Positions 12,407 through 26,800 of a stretch of 64,000 nucleotides of DNA are shown here, piece after piece (position 1 is the stretch's first letter; each line of letters begins with the position of its first letter). The stretch comes from Mizuhopecten yessoensis. Lineage: Eukaryota. Position numbers and translations under genes: made by a program. Location of the stretch: contig NW_018407426.1 of assembly GCF_002113885.1 (NCBI RefSeq), forward strand, positions 1,424,908 to 1,488,907. The letters run 5' to 3'. The notes under the pieces were generated by a model, which did not search any database, had not been told where the DNA came from, and worked only from the letters and a program-made list of their open reading frames with translations.

Positions 12407-15400
12407 TTTTCCATTGTCACCCATGACTGTACCATCGGTCAGCAGATCCTCAATCTAAAATATGCCAGTGACCTTGCCCAGGGGTCAGGGCCTTGGCTAG
12501 GTACACGACAAAAGTTACTGTACGCCTTGATCCTGATTGGCTGTCCCTGGCTCAAGGAGAGGTCAGGTGATATCCTCCAGATGTTAAACCTGTCTCGATG
12601 GAAACAGAAAGTAAGTTGTTTGCAGATTTCAATGGTCAAGGACTATATATAAGAAATTATCCAGAATTGTGTAATACACTCTTATATACTTGTTTTACAT
12701 TATCTATAGTATTATCTCATTTCCCCGTCAATTGTAGCTTCAGTCATATAAACCATTTTCTATAAATCACTTCATCAGCTCTATTATCGCATTTGGGGAT
12801 CATGTCTAAAAATATAATCTGTCCCAAGATACAACTCACCATTGTAAGAAGACGTTAAACCATATTTTATCATCAGGCTCATGGTCCTTTTTATACAGTT
12901 TCACTTCTAAAGGAAAACCTAGTCAAATTGTTTATACATTGACATATATTACTAGAAATGTTTACATAAAACAGTATGATTTGTTTGACAGGTACAGCAG
13001 ATCTTACACTGGACCGAGACTGGCCTCAAGGTGGCAGCACTGTTCAACTTCCTGGTGTTTTTACGCAAGGGCGTGTACAGGGCACTGGTGGAGAGGATTC
13101 TGGGTATCAGGGCAATGTTCCCTAACCAGCAAGGTGTCAGACAGGTATTACATTATCCATGTAAATGTAAGTTCCTTGTCTACCATTATAAGATGGTCTG
13201 TTCAAATACACTTTAATCCATAGTTATCTGTTTTTAAACAATTCTTGTTTAATATGACTGTTTCTCAAGTAGTTATGGGTGCCTGTAGGTTCTCCTTGGT
13301 CCTTAGGTCTGCCAAACTGGATACTCCGGGGTTACGCTCCCTTATGCTATCTGCAGAGAAGTGGAAGTGAGCGTAACCCCTGGAGTTTCGAGGATTTAAG
13401 TCTGCATTACCTATTTTGAGATATACAAATGTCATTAGAACAAGATAGCTGCTAGTTAGCCATCTTGGACCCTAACAGTTAGTTTGTCACTGCTTAGAAA
13501 GAAATGGAGGAATATTTCTCAATTTAGATAAGTAGATTTCTCGGTCCTTAATTTCACACGTTTAATTTAGACTGCTAGGCTTCTGGTGATGCTAGAACTT
13601 AAATGTGTGAAACTTATAACCTGCAGCTTTAAACCAGTTAGTTCTGAATTCATGGTTTCCTTGTAAGCAGTATATCTACCTATTACATGTAGTATTACTT
13701 ATTAAGCAAGTCTGTAAATGTGTATTTCATGGGCATTCATACTAAATATCTACTTCAGGAGTGCTTATGAATACAATATATATTGATTTGCCTCATCATT
13801 TACTGGACTGTTTTAGAGTTCACTGTCACATGATTTCATAATACTGTAATACCATTGGTTGTTTCAGGTCAGCTTCGAATTTATGACCAGAGAGTTACTT
13901 TGGCATGGATTCTCGGTGAGTATATTTACGAGTATTGTAAGAACGCTTTATTAGATCGACTGGTATTATGTGAGGGGGCTACAGTTTTGCACTCATCCCT
14001 CAGTCAGTCTGTTAGTGCATCACTACACGTACAGGTCATATCTCATACTCTCTATCACATACCCCTTGCAAATTTTGTATCCAAGTAGCAGTTAAAATGG
14101 CAGTGTCACACACTGATATTTGTCCTCTTGTCACAGAGTTATGGCCCTTTGTTCACCCTGCATGACATTGTCCGGGGAATATACCCATTGGGATAACAGA
14201 GGCCCTAAGTGATAGAAAAATATGTTTTTATATATGAAAGCTTTTTATGTCATTTAAAGGATGAAAGTATTTGTCTTTTATATGATATTTTACGGAAGAA
14301 TTACTTTGTTTCCTTGTAATGCTTTACCTACCTAAAAACCTGCAGATTTATGGAAAGTGCACTCAGTTAATATTTAGATAGGTGAAGAATAACCATAAAT
14401 AAAATCTTTTATATATTTCTGAAGGATACGAATACATTATATCAGGATTATTTTTTTTCCAGGAATTTCTATTCTTTGTACTACCATTGATCAATTTCCA
14501 ACGCCTGAAAAACTTTGTGATGAGACAAGTGTTACCTGTAAGTAAGACAGACGCTACAGACCGAACAAGTCGTAAGCTAGAGCAGTGTGCCGTGTGTGGA
14601 GATAAGCCGACAAACCCGCGGGAGATTGGATGTCCTCATGTGTTCTGCTACTTCTGTATAGAGGTAAGCTCTCCTCTCATCTGGGGGTACCACCTAAAAA
14701 TTATAAATGATATATTGTCCAATTGTGATACATCTATCTATGAAGTTCTGGCCACAACAAGCATTATAATTATTTGACGTCTTGCTGCATGTGACCTTGA
14801 CTTAGGGATTAAATACCTTGAAGCTGTAGGTGACACTTTGTTCAATAATAATACGTGTGTGTATCCATCTTTGACGTGCCATAGATAAAATATTGAGCCT
14901 CTCAGAAATTATGACCAGGACTAGTTTTTGGAAGTACTGACAGACGTAGTGTAATCCTATAGTTTGCCTGGTAAAGGCTAATAAATAACCTGTCTGATTG
15001 TCACTACAATAATCATTTCCTATACTTATGAAGTTTTGTGTCAGCTTAACCTCTTCTGAAGTTATGGCCCAGAGAAGCATTATAATACTTTGACTTAGGA
15101 TTAAAGACCTGACATTGAAGGCAACACTTTGTGCAGTAATGGTAATACATCTTCATCAATCTTTGAAGTGATTTAAAAACCAATATTGATCCTACTGAAA
15201 GTATGGCCTGGTCAAGTATTTTGGACCAACTGACAAACATGTTGTGTCTCCTATAGTTTCCCTGGTAGGTGGGTAATAAATTACCAGACTGATCATCACT
15301 TTAGTAACGATTACCTGTTTGTTCCAGGGTAACTACAAAGCTGACCCAGGGTATTCCTGTCCACTGTGTGGAGCAAGTGTTGTAGATGCAAATAACATTA

Positions 15401-15432
15401 AACCCGCCAGAATGGTGATCCCTACGAGGTAG
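12407..15432 (+). CDS. PEX2: peroxisome biogenesis factor 2 (RING peroxin), 5' partial; exons 12407-12610, 12992-13144, 13868-13915, 14463-14663, 15328-15432
   Basis: All GT-AG, phase 0. Spliced protein includes [67 protein letters not shown] and the C3HC4 RING CAVC..CPHVFCYFC..CPLC, matching PEX2 hallmarks. About 65 N-terminal residues are not found. Confidence 0.95.
13311..13396. mobile_element. miniature hairpin MITE related to the element at 52648-53000
   Basis: Inverted arms CTCCGGGGTTACGCTC / GAGCGTAACCCCTGGAG match that element's TIR; flanks TTAGGTCTGC / TTAAGTCTGC resemble a target duplication. Confidence 0.55.
14797..15320. repeat. diverged ~290-bp tandem duplication in the last PEX2 intron
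   Basis: TTGACTTAGG(G)ATTAAA...CACTTTGT...CCTATAGTTT.CCTGGTA...TAATAAAT.ACC occurs from ~14797 and from ~15090. Confidence 0.65.
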
Positions 15433-15465
15433 TGAAGGAAACCCACTCCCTCTGGACATAGCTTT

Positions 15466-15562
15466 ATCACAGAATCTTCTTCAACCCAACACAGCCTACA
15501 TCACAGAATCTTCTTCAACCCAACACAGCCTACATCACAGAATCTTCTACAGCCAAACACTA
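15466..15562. repeat. 34-bp tandem repeat (~3 copies) in PEX2 3' UTR
   Basis: ATCACAGAATCTTCTTCAACCCAACACAGCCTAC twice plus a diverged third copy. Confidence 0.8.
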
Positions 15563-16274
15563 CCTATATTTATCTATAGGGACTTGAGGAAAAGCAGCAC
15601 CTCGCATCAATCACCAGACTTTCTCTCACATTTCAAATTGATTTTTTTTACTTTAAACAGTATTGAAGAAAGCTGATTCTGGACTTTTTGAAGAAGAGAC
15701 AAAAGATCATACTAGAGTTCAAGAAGATTTTATGGATTAAGAACATCAAGTACATGGACCATTCGACAATACAGCCAGTAAAGAAACCACTAAGAGAGTA
15801 CGCCTATGCATATCCTATTGGGCCAGTAGGTTGTTGTTGTTGGGCATCTGAGAAAAAAGTTTTAAAATCATCTTACATCTTCTTATGAAATATGAACACC
15901 TTCACCTAGGGTAATATTTGTTCTGTAGCTAAATGAGAGGGTGTAAAGTGTATTTAAATAATTAAAACAAATTCGAGGTCGTAGAGGTCAAATGTTTGAA
16001 TTAATTTTCTAATGCTTTGTGATTGTGACACACAGGTATGTAGCTTGCTGGGGTAATTGGCTATATAAAAAAATTCAAATAAATTACCTTAATGTGTATT
16101 CAAGATTGCTGAGGTCGAATGTGTTCAGAATTATTTTGCCGTTATTTTGCCTAAATCATTTCATCACTGTCCATTGATAGGCCCTCTGGGCCTCTTGTTA
16201 TATTATATTTGTGTGAAGTAAAATACAATAAGCAGAAGTTGAAATGATATGTTCAGAAAGTCACCACTGTCCTA

Positions 16275-16410
16275 GTAGGTTTCCTCTGGGTACTCTGGTT
16301 TTCTCCCATATTGAAACCCCTGAATGCTGCCATCAGGGCCAACAAGAATGATTAATATAAGTTGATAGAACTTGTTTCATTATTATTGTAAAACAAATTA
16401 ACTTTAATTT
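16275..16410 (+). mobile_element. V-SINE-like fragment
   Basis: GGTTTCCTCTGGGTACTCTGGTTTTCTCCCA resembles the V-domain core. Confidence 0.5.
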
Positions 16411-17814
16411 ACAGAAACTGTGTATAACATGAAACGGACGTTAAATTGTATTTTCTTTCATCGATTTCACCTTTACAGACGGTCACTGATATAAACTTAA
16501 GTTGTCTGTGGGATCGTTTAAACTTGAGCCAATTCAATCAGTTGATTTTTCGGACACAGGTTTTAGATTCCTGAACTAAAGCATTTGCTGTGGCTTCAAC
16601 CAGATCCACTTGATCTCTTTGTAATGGGACCAATCNNNNNNNNNNNNNNNNNNNNNNNNNNNNNNNNNNNNNNNNNNNNNNNNNNNNNNNNNNNNNNNNN
16701 NNNNNNNNNNNNNNNNNNNNNNNNNNNNNNNNNNNNNNNNNNNNNNNNNNNNNNNNNNNNNNNNNNNNNNNNNNNNNNNNNNNNTGTTCAGTTTGTTATT
16801 GTGCCATATTGTTTGTTATTGCCTATGAATATTCATTTTGCTTTAGAAATTAAAGTCATCAAGTAACAGCAAGTGTTTATTATATATAAACATGTGTTCT
16901 GATTGTCATATCAAAACACTGCAGTTTATTTCATCAACAAATCAATGTAATTACAAAAAATGTCAACAAAAACAAATTCTTATGTCAGATCCTTTGTAAC
17001 CTTGGGTATAAAACTTCAAAGGAATTGTGAAAATGACATTCAATATCAGATCATGATATAATAAATATTAAATAAAGTTACAGTCACTTCATGAACTTCT
17101 TTTCTTTAACAATTTTTCCAAGTTCTACAATGCACACAGTCAACAGTAACAATTTCAAAGACTGGCAATGAATCAACTGTTACTGATACCATTCCATGAC
17201 GTGATACTATGACGTATCTAACAAATTATACCCCTGATATTCTGTCGCATGGTAGTTGAGTAGATTTTGCTTAATATCACTTCTCATTTGTCAGAAGAAA
17301 ACATGATTTTAACAGGAATGTGACATAAAGAGAAAATGTGTTCCTTAGACCATTTTAGCTGTCGAAAACTGGAAGTGATCATATAAATAATTCCAATTGA
17401 TATGGTTTTACGAAGAAGATTGTTTTGTAAAATTCTTTGTAACTGACACAGCTTTTTCTTTATTAACAGTGAAATTCTTGTCTTTTATTTGTATCTGCAG
17501 CTAAAACACCTGTTAAATTATGGTAGTGCTCCACTATCGTAAAAGATCAAATAGGCCTCGATCGACCTGTAGTTGTCGTCTGCTGCTAGTCTACATTCTG
17601 CTCGGAATTTCTTTGTTAAGTATGTCATGTTGGTATGGTTCTGACTGATTCTTCATCTTGAGTGACATGATCAAAGGAGCAAGATATAGATTTCATGAGA
17701 GGCCCAAATCCTTCAGACCAGCATATCTTCTTTGAGTAGTAATGTACTGTTTAATACAATACTTCGGATCTCAACACAAGTTCTCAGGAAATTTTTGTAA
17801 CATCATGAGTCCTG

Positions 17815-20800
17815 TCAGCTTTTTTTCGTGGTTTCTTCTACAAACATTTGCATCTGAAACAAATTGGACAAACAATTTAAATAAGTCAGACCAGATCCAA
17901 ACAACAGAGAAATTGCCTTAGCAATACCATTGCTGAGAATACTAATTGTTTACCGGGAAATTTTTCGCCTTTTTTGCTCTCCATGATGAGTCAAAGTTGT
18001 CATTAAAGCAAATCTACGTCAGTAACATAATATTCTTTTTTCTGTCACAAGACATGAATTCATATATTTCAAAATTGCATTTTAGCACATTTAGATTACA
18101 AATGATATCTCTCAAAATGTGCAGCATGAGAAATTAATGTTTAAATAAGGCCAGTTGTGCTGGATCGTTTATTCCAGATGATTGAGAAGTAGGTATGGTT
18201 CATTCAGGTACATGTATACTCTTGTAGACCACTTTACCAGTGATTAATATCAGTTATTCATGTGGAGACTCATTCACAACTGTATGTCTTTATCAATATT
18301 GAAATTGCATCCTCTCAATTGCAAATAAAATATCTGCAAAAACAAAGTGATTTACATTGGCCAGTGATGTAGAAGATCTGTTACCTTTATGAAGTCAGAG
18401 GTAACTGCCCTCAGTGGAATAATGTTTGGCTCGTCCAGTGTTGTCTCTCTTCCCTCAGCTTCCACCCACGGAAATCCCTGATTTCAAACAAAAGTCTAGA
18501 TCAGTTATGCATGAACTGGGAAGATAGTGTTTTGAGAATTCTTTATATCATAACTTCCTATGAAGGAGATAAGAACTTTTTTAAATGAAAAATAGACACA
18601 AGACGAGACTTCCTCCTACCCTGTTGACCCTTTTATATATACAACATTGATATACACAAAGTGGAGGTGCCATCATACAACTGTTGTTACAGGGGAATCT
18701 CCCTATCTCAACCCCAGGGTGAGACCATGATTTCTACGTTAGTAGAGAGAGATATCAACACTTCCGGTCAGGGAAAGATATATCTGTCTTACTCAAAGAT
18801 AAAGATGGAGGGTTCCCCGTGTAAAAACAATTGCATGACGTCGCATAAACAGTGCATTAACGTTACATCAACAATGTAATGACGTCGTGACAACAATAGC
18901 AGATCACGGAGGGTAACTCTGATATGCTGGAAATCATAAAATCAGCATTGGCACATTAATATGAAACTACCACTTGAATTTGATGTGGGAGAAAAATAAT
19001 CTTTCGTCACCTTAGAGGTAAGACAGAAAAATATTTAGGTGGGGAAAGATTATATAAATCTTGCACCAGGAAGAGAGTGAAACACTTGTCCAGATTAAGA
19101 GAAAACTCTATCCCACCACAGGCACACCAGTGGGTACTACATCTTTCTAAATCCTTACTAGAAAAGGCATAAAAACGTTTTACAGGTCACTGGCTGACAT
19201 TTTTAATGCGATATGTACCAGGCAACATCATTAGTGTCACAGCCAGCGACTAATATTGCCTATCAATTATGATGCAAAATTGCAGTAAAGTTTGTATACT
19301 GCACTGGTCTTGAAGTATGCTGTTAGTTTACTTTTTTCCTCACTTTCCAAATATATTCTTCAATTTATACTTTGGATTCTTGAAAGTCTAATATTCTTGC
19401 ATTTGTAAGTCATGGTCTTTTTTTTACAAAATCTTGGGTAAAAGGTGGGAGTATAAGAGTCAGTCACATTTAGGTATGGGGGTATAGGAATCCTACCCTC
19501 TAGTGTTGGATGTCAACATCACCCATACAGGACTCACTACAGCTGTAGGTAGGCTATAGCTCCAAAGATACATATTACACATGTATATATGACACACCCT
19601 AATAATCATCAGTTTGTCTTTACTTACTCTCCTGTACCATCTGTTTGTCTTTACTTTACTCACCTGTACCATCAGTTTGTCTTTACTTACCCACCTGTAC
19701 CATCTGTTTGTCTTAACTAAACCCACCTGTACCATCTGTTTGTCTTTACTTACTCACCTGTACCATCTGTTTGTCTTTACTTACTCACCTGTACCATCTG
19801 TTTGTCTTTACTTTACCCACCTGTACCATCTGTTTGTCTTTACTTTACCCACCTGTACCATCTGTTTGTCTTTATTTACCCACCTGTACCATCTGTTTGT
19901 CTTTACTTTACCCACCTGTACCATCTGTTTGTCTTTACTTACCCACCTGTACCATCTGTTTGTCTTTACTTTACCCACCTGTACCATCTGTTTGTCTTTA
20001 CTTTACCCACCTGTACCATCTGTTTGTCTTTACTTTACCCACCTGTACCATCTGTTTGTCTTTACTTTACCCACCTGTACCATCTGTTTGTCTTTACTTT
20101 ACCCACCTGTACCATCTGTTTGTCTTTACTTTACCCACCTGTACCATCTGTTTGTCTTTACTTTACCCACCTGTACCATCTGTTTGTCTTTACTTTACCC
20201 ACCTGTACCATCTGTTTGTCTTTACTTTACCCACCTGTACCATCTGTTTGTCTTTACTTTACCCACCTGTACCATCTGTTTGTCTTTACTTTACCCACCT
20301 GTACCATCTGTTTGTCTTTACTTTACCCACCTGTACCATCTGTTTGTCTTTACTTTACCCACCTGTACCATCTGTTTGTCTTTACTTTACCCACCTGTAC
20401 CATCTGTTTGTCTTTACTTTACCCACCTGTACCATCTGTTTGTCTTTACTTTACCCACCTGTACCATCTGTTTGTCTTTACTTTACCCACCTGTACCATC
20501 TGTTTGTCTTTACTTTACCCACCTGTACCATCTGTTTGTCTTTACTTTACCCACCTGTACCATCTGTTTGTCTTTACTTTACCCACCTGTACCATCTGTT
20601 TGTCTTTACTTTACCCACCTGTACCATCTGTTTGTCTTTACTTTACCCACCTGTACCATCTGTTTGTCTTTACTTTACCCACCTGTACCATCTGTTTGTC
20701 TTTACTTTACCCACCTGTACCATCTGTTTGTCTTTACTTTACCCACCTGTACCATCTGTTTGTCTTTACTTTACCCACCTGTACCATCTGTTTGTCTTTA

Positions 20801-23800
20801 CTTACCCACCTGTACCATCTGTTTGTCTTTACTTTACCCACCTGTACCATCTGTTTGTCTTTACTTTACCCACCTGTACCATCTGTTTGTCTTTACTTTA
20901 CCCACCTGTACCATCTGTTTGTCTTTACTTTACCCACCTGTACCATCTGTTTGTCTTTACTTTACCCACCTGTACCATCTGTTTGTCTTTACTTTACCCA
21001 CCTGTACCATCTGTTTGTCTTTACTTTACCCACCTGTACCATCTGTTTGTCTTTACTTTACCCACCTGTACCATCTGTTTGTCTTTACTTTACCCACCTG
21101 TACCATCTGTTTGTCTTTACTTTACCCACCTGTACCATCTGTTTGTCTTTACTTTACCCACCTGTACCATCTGTTTGTCTTTACTTTACCCACCTGTACC
21201 ATCTGTTTGTCTTTACTTTACCCACCTGTACCATCTGTTTGTCTTTACTTTACCCACCTGTACCATCTGTTTGTCTTTACTTTACCCACCTGTACCATCT
21301 GTTTGTCTTTACTTTACCCACCTGTACCATCTGTTTGTCTTTACTTTACCCACCTGTACCATCTGTTTGTCTTTACTTTACCCACCTGTACCATCTGTTT
21401 GTCTTTACTTTACCCACCTGTACCATCTGTTTGTCTTTACTTTACCCACCTGTACCATCTGTTTGTCTTTACTTTACCCACCTGTACCATCTGTTTGTCT
21501 TTACTTTACCCACCTGTACCATCTGTTTGTCTTTACTTTACCCACCTGTACCATCTGTTTGTCTTTACTTTACCCACCTGTACCATCTGTTTGTCTTTAC
21601 TTTACCCACCTGTACCATCTGTTTGTCTTTACTTTACCCACCTGTACCATCTGTTTGTCTTTACTTTACCCACCTGTACCATCTGTTTGTCTTTACTTTA
21701 CCCACCTGTACCATCTGTTTGTCTTTACTTTACCCACCTGTACCATCTGTTTGTCTTTACTTTACCCACCTGTACCATCTGTTTGTCTTTACTTTACCCA
21801 CCTGTACCATCTGTTTGTCTTTACTTTACCCACCTGTACCATCTGTTTGTCTTTACTTTACCCACCTGTACCATCTGTTTGTCTTTACTTTACCCACCTG
21901 TACCATCTGTTTGTCTTTACTTTACCCACCTGTACCATCTGTTTGTCTTTACTTTACCCACCTGTACCATCTGTTTGTCTTTACTTTACCCACCTGTACC
22001 ATCTGTTTGTCTTTACTTTACCCACCTGTACCATCTGTTTGTCTTTACTTTACCCACCTGTACCATCTGTTTGTCTTTACTTTACCCACCTGTACCATCT
22101 GTTTGTCTTTACTTTACCCACCTGTACCATCTGTTTGTCTTTACTTTACCCACCTGTACCATCAGTTTGTCTTTACTTTACCCACCTGTACCATCTGTTT
22201 GTCTTTACTTTACCCACCTGTACCATCTGTTTGTCTTTACTTTACCCACCTGTACCATCTGTTTGTCTTTACTTTACCCACCTGTACCATCTGTTTGTCT
22301 TTACTTTACCCACCTGTACCATCTGTTTGTCTTTACTTTACCCACCTGTACCATCTGTTTGTCTTTACTTTACCCACCTGTACCATCTGTTTGTCTTTAC
22401 TTTACCCACCTGTACCATCTGTTTGTCTTTACTTTACCCACCTGTACCATCTGTTTGTCTTTACTTTACCCACCTGTACCATCTGTTTGTCTTTACTTTA
22501 CCCACCTGTACCATCAGTTCGTCTTTACTTTACCCACCTGTACCATCTGTTTGTCTTTACTTTACTCACCTGTACCATCTGTTTGTCTTTACTTTACCCA
22601 CCTGTACCATCAGTTTGTCTTTACTTAACCCACCTGTACCATCTGTTAGTCTTTACTTAACCCACCTGTACCATCTGCTTGTCTTTACTTTACTCACCTG
22701 TACCATCTGTTTGTCTTTACTTACCCACCTGTACCATCTGTTTGTCTTTACGTTACCCACCTGTACCATCTGTTAGTCTTTACTTTCCCCACCTGTACCA
22801 TCTGTTAGTCTTTACTTACCCCACCTGTACCATCTGTTTGTCTTTACGTTACCCACCTGTACCATCTGTTTGTCTTTACTTTACACACCTGTACCATCTG
22901 TTTGTCTTTACTTTACTCACCTGTACCATCTGTTTTTCTTTACTTACCCACCTGTACCATCTGTTTGTCTGTCTTTACTTTACCCACCTGTACCATCTGT
23001 TTGGCTTTACTTACTCTCCTGTACCATCTGTTAGTCTTTACTTTACCCACCTGTACCATCTGTTTGTCTTTACTTACTCACCTGTACCATCTGTTTGTCG
23101 TTGATGCTATCAGCTGCTGATTCGGTTGTTTCTACTTGGATTGCCCATGTACAGTCTGGAAGTAGAAACTTGTATCATACAATTCCAGTTCAATGAGAAA
23201 AATTTCTTCTTTTTTCCCCCAAGAAAATGTTGCTTCACACTTAATTAATTTTCTTGGTGGCAACTTCAATTACTTCTGTAAATTTCTTTTCATTGTAATT
23301 TGAAAAGGAATATTTCTCACCAAGATTATTGCAAAAATTGCTTGACATATGCTCGATAACAGGGGAACAAAATTAATTCATTTTTGGTTAATGACCATTA
23401 GAATGTTATTTTTCTGTTTTCTTTTAATCTGAAACTGTTCAAAAGTGATGCACACATGTCAACCCGTTTCTCTGGTAAAAAAATTAACAAGAAATTCAAA
23501 GAGAAAACCTCAGTTATTACCAGCCGAAGAAACACACACAAAGTCAATGCCATTTCATCCAAATTCAAGAGTTGTGAGTTATAACAGGTCACAATTCATG
23601 AATAATTTCCTCTTTGTAAATTTGCGTCTTGTTATACTGCAGTCAACATACCTTAAACATTTTTATTAGGCAAATGAACAACCTCCTCCTGTCACAAACT
23701 GATATTCCTAACAATAATTCACCACTACACTACATTTTTATCGATTCCTAATCTACCTGTACCTTTCGGAAGTGGCTGTAGAAGGGCATCACTGACGTTC

Positions 23801-26800
23801 AGCTTGAGGAGGAAGGCACGCAGAGACTGCTCCAGCTGGTACAGGTAGCGGTCATCCCTGTGAATGATAAAATACAGGTAATGGTCGTCTACGGGGATGA
23901 CAAGAATACAGGTAATGATGATAATCGTGAGACAGAATCTGGTACCGGTCACAAAGTATAGTCATCAATTGCATTCAAGTCAAAATCAGTGGAGTGGTTA
24001 TCATAAAATACCAATAACTTTACTGAGTAACTTCATATAATAGTATATGAACTCTCAAATGCTTCAATATTGCCCAGCATCTTTCCTTAACTGTCTATGG
24101 CATTACCGTATATAGGTTACTGTAAGTCACATTTGTAAAAAAAAAAAAAAGAATCTGCTTTGATCGGATATGTAGATCTAGACTGGTCAGCACTTCTACC
24201 CTTTCATGTTGTCCGAGTGTCTCCCTATCTCTATCACAAATCTCTCCAGAGGTCGGTGGTCAGGTCCCAAGATGACCATGGCAATTTTCTCCACCTGGTT
24301 GAGCTGGTTCAGTCGATGAACACTGTCCACTATATTGACCACATACTTGCAGACATCAGGATGGAGACACATCTAGAGGGTTAGAGTAACAGGTGAATTA
24401 TTTTGGGCTAGATGTGTACAAAACCGTCTGTAGCTACACGAGTAAATATTCCATCTCTTAGTACTACAGGTACTATGTAACATTAAGACTGAGTTTTGTA
24501 TTCATTTATGGGGTTTAAATGGAATCCCAACAAGAGGACAAACTATTACAAGCATCAAATTTTGTTTGGACTGGCGAGCTACATGTACATGTATTTAACA
24601 ATGTTCTTGCCTACCAATAACATTATTTTATTTACCTGTACAGGGACATTGTACTTTTTCCTTTTTTCAAATACACCACGTGGATACAGGTCCCGTAGGT
24701 AGAGGATGGAGTGGATCGACACCTCAAGGAACTCGCACAAAACGTCAGCACCAACTGAAATACACAACTTCATGAGGAATGACAAATATACAAGTGTCAA
24801 ATAAATTTGAAAATATTTTTTTCCAATATGTAACATTTCCTTCTTTTTTACTGTAGAGGAATCACACTGACAGTATACAATGTGTGCTTAGTAGACAGGC
24901 ACATTAACTTGTAACATAATGTGGGCTTCATTCAATGATGACGACAGAAATTAATAAGTTCTCATTGAGGAGTAGAGGAAGTGATTTCAAACCAACTTTC
25001 CAGTTAAAATTGAAGGCTAAACATTGTTGATAAACAACATACAGCATGTTTCATTTTGCTATAGGTAATTAGTTTACCTGGCAATTTTCAACTTGAGGGC
25101 TAAGAAAGTGATTTTCCTATATGCTATTAAATTAGACATAAAAATCTCTTAATAACAGCAGGAGCCTAAATCATCTTGTCCTTGGTCCAAGCATAGGGGC
25201 AGGCAACTGTTCTAATCATATTGATTTTGTTTAACTTTCAATCGCTGGAAACATATATCCTAATATTGACGCTGTGGTCCAAGGCAACGTCCTGGGTCCC
25301 ACGTCTACATCTACAGCTTTCACTGTTCTGTCAATCAGTTGACCATTACACAGTGTTGCCGGCGTTTCGTAACACTATAAAAGATATTTGATTGAGAAAG
25401 AGAAAGGCAGAAAAAGTGTATGTGTATATAATGTGTGTTTGTGGCTACCGTAGCAGCCCCGAGGACAAGCCTAAACTAGCACAGCTCTCACCATTGGCCG
25501 AATGAACAACAAGCCTGCTTGAAAGATACCAAGTAAGGGGTCTCAGCCATAGCAGCTGGAAGAGAATTCCAGTGATGGATAATTGATGGGAAGAAGCTAT
25601 GCCTAAAAGTGTTTTAGAGGAAGAGAGACAGCAATATTTAATAGAGTGATTACGTCGGGTGGAAAATGTCGAGGCTTTCAGGTAGTCCTGGGCTCGGATG
25701 TCTAATTTATCATGGGCAATTTTGTACATGGTTGTAAGATGACAGAGGCAAGGTCCTCATGAGTAAACAACTAGTACTACATGTTGAGGATGTTTGCCTT
25801 ATCTGCTGCGTTAGAGTGTAGTTTCCTATCTTCCTTCAGAGGGGGCTGTGCCTGAGTCAGCTTTCCTTAGAGCCTTTATATACCGCCAAAAAGCTTTCTA
25901 TTTGGGCTGCGTATTATCTTCTTTATCTATCACGATTATTTTTTCAACATTTTTCCATTAGGATTGTCAGATTATTTTCTGCGTATTTGATCTTGTTTCT
26001 TTTCATTAGTTCCGGGTTGTTTTGCCCTAAATCCTGTTCGCGCTAGGTTGTTTTGGTCTGAAACAAAAATTGAGGGCAAAACATTGTTTGGTATTTTCTT
26101 TTCATTTTTAGTAGATTTAATTTGAGTCACAAATTAAGTCTTTTTAGTCCTCCATATCATTAAAATCAATTTTATAAAGAAAATATGTTTGTGTTGTTTT
26201 TAAGCGAGTGTGACAAACGGCAGTTGCATATTTTTCTACATGAAATAAACCCAACACCAATATAGAAAGTTATCAAACTAGTCGATATATTAAAATATTA
26301 ATTACAGTATATTAGCATATAAGTTTAAACAAAATAAGATTAGGGCGAAACAACCAACAACCCTTAGCTCAAACGGGTATTTAGGGTGAAACAACCCTTA
26401 ACACAAACAGGATTAAGGGCGAAACAACCTGTCCTCAGGTTTTCGTGTTTGTTGTTGTCAATTTGTTTCTTTCTTAGTCTGTTTGTCTTCCTGATTTCTC
26501 TTCTGATCTTCCCATCAATCCATGGCTTGCTGGTCTTAGATCCGCTAATCATGAGCATCTTACTAATGGGATGTGCAGTTGTCGCCTACAAAGTTTAGTC
26601 CACAGTAGTTCAACGTTACAATGTATGTTTATGTGTTCTGTGACCCATTTCAGTGTATGTATTTTCGACATTTGTAACGAAATCCTGTGATAAGTTCAAG
26701 TTGACCAACTTACCAATTCATTAAATATCTAGGCCCATGGCATTTTAACCCCTTTCAGTAAATGCTAGTTTGTTGTTTAGTTATATTAATTAAGCTAACC

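Noticed and set aside
15433-17814. Possible overlap of convergent PEX2 and REV7 3' UTRs
   Set aside because: Several candidate poly(A) signals on both strands and a gap in between; cannot be decided from sequence.
19614-22776. Three overlapping ~950-1000-aa + strand ORFs
   Set aside because: They arise because the 32-bp unit has no stop on +. They start at non-ATG codons, cycle through the same peptide and lie antisense in a REV7 intron.
19607-23099. CRISPR-like periodicity (also 40315-40820)
   Set aside because: Units are head-to-tail with no unique spacers, there are no cas genes, and the context is a spliceosomal eukaryote.
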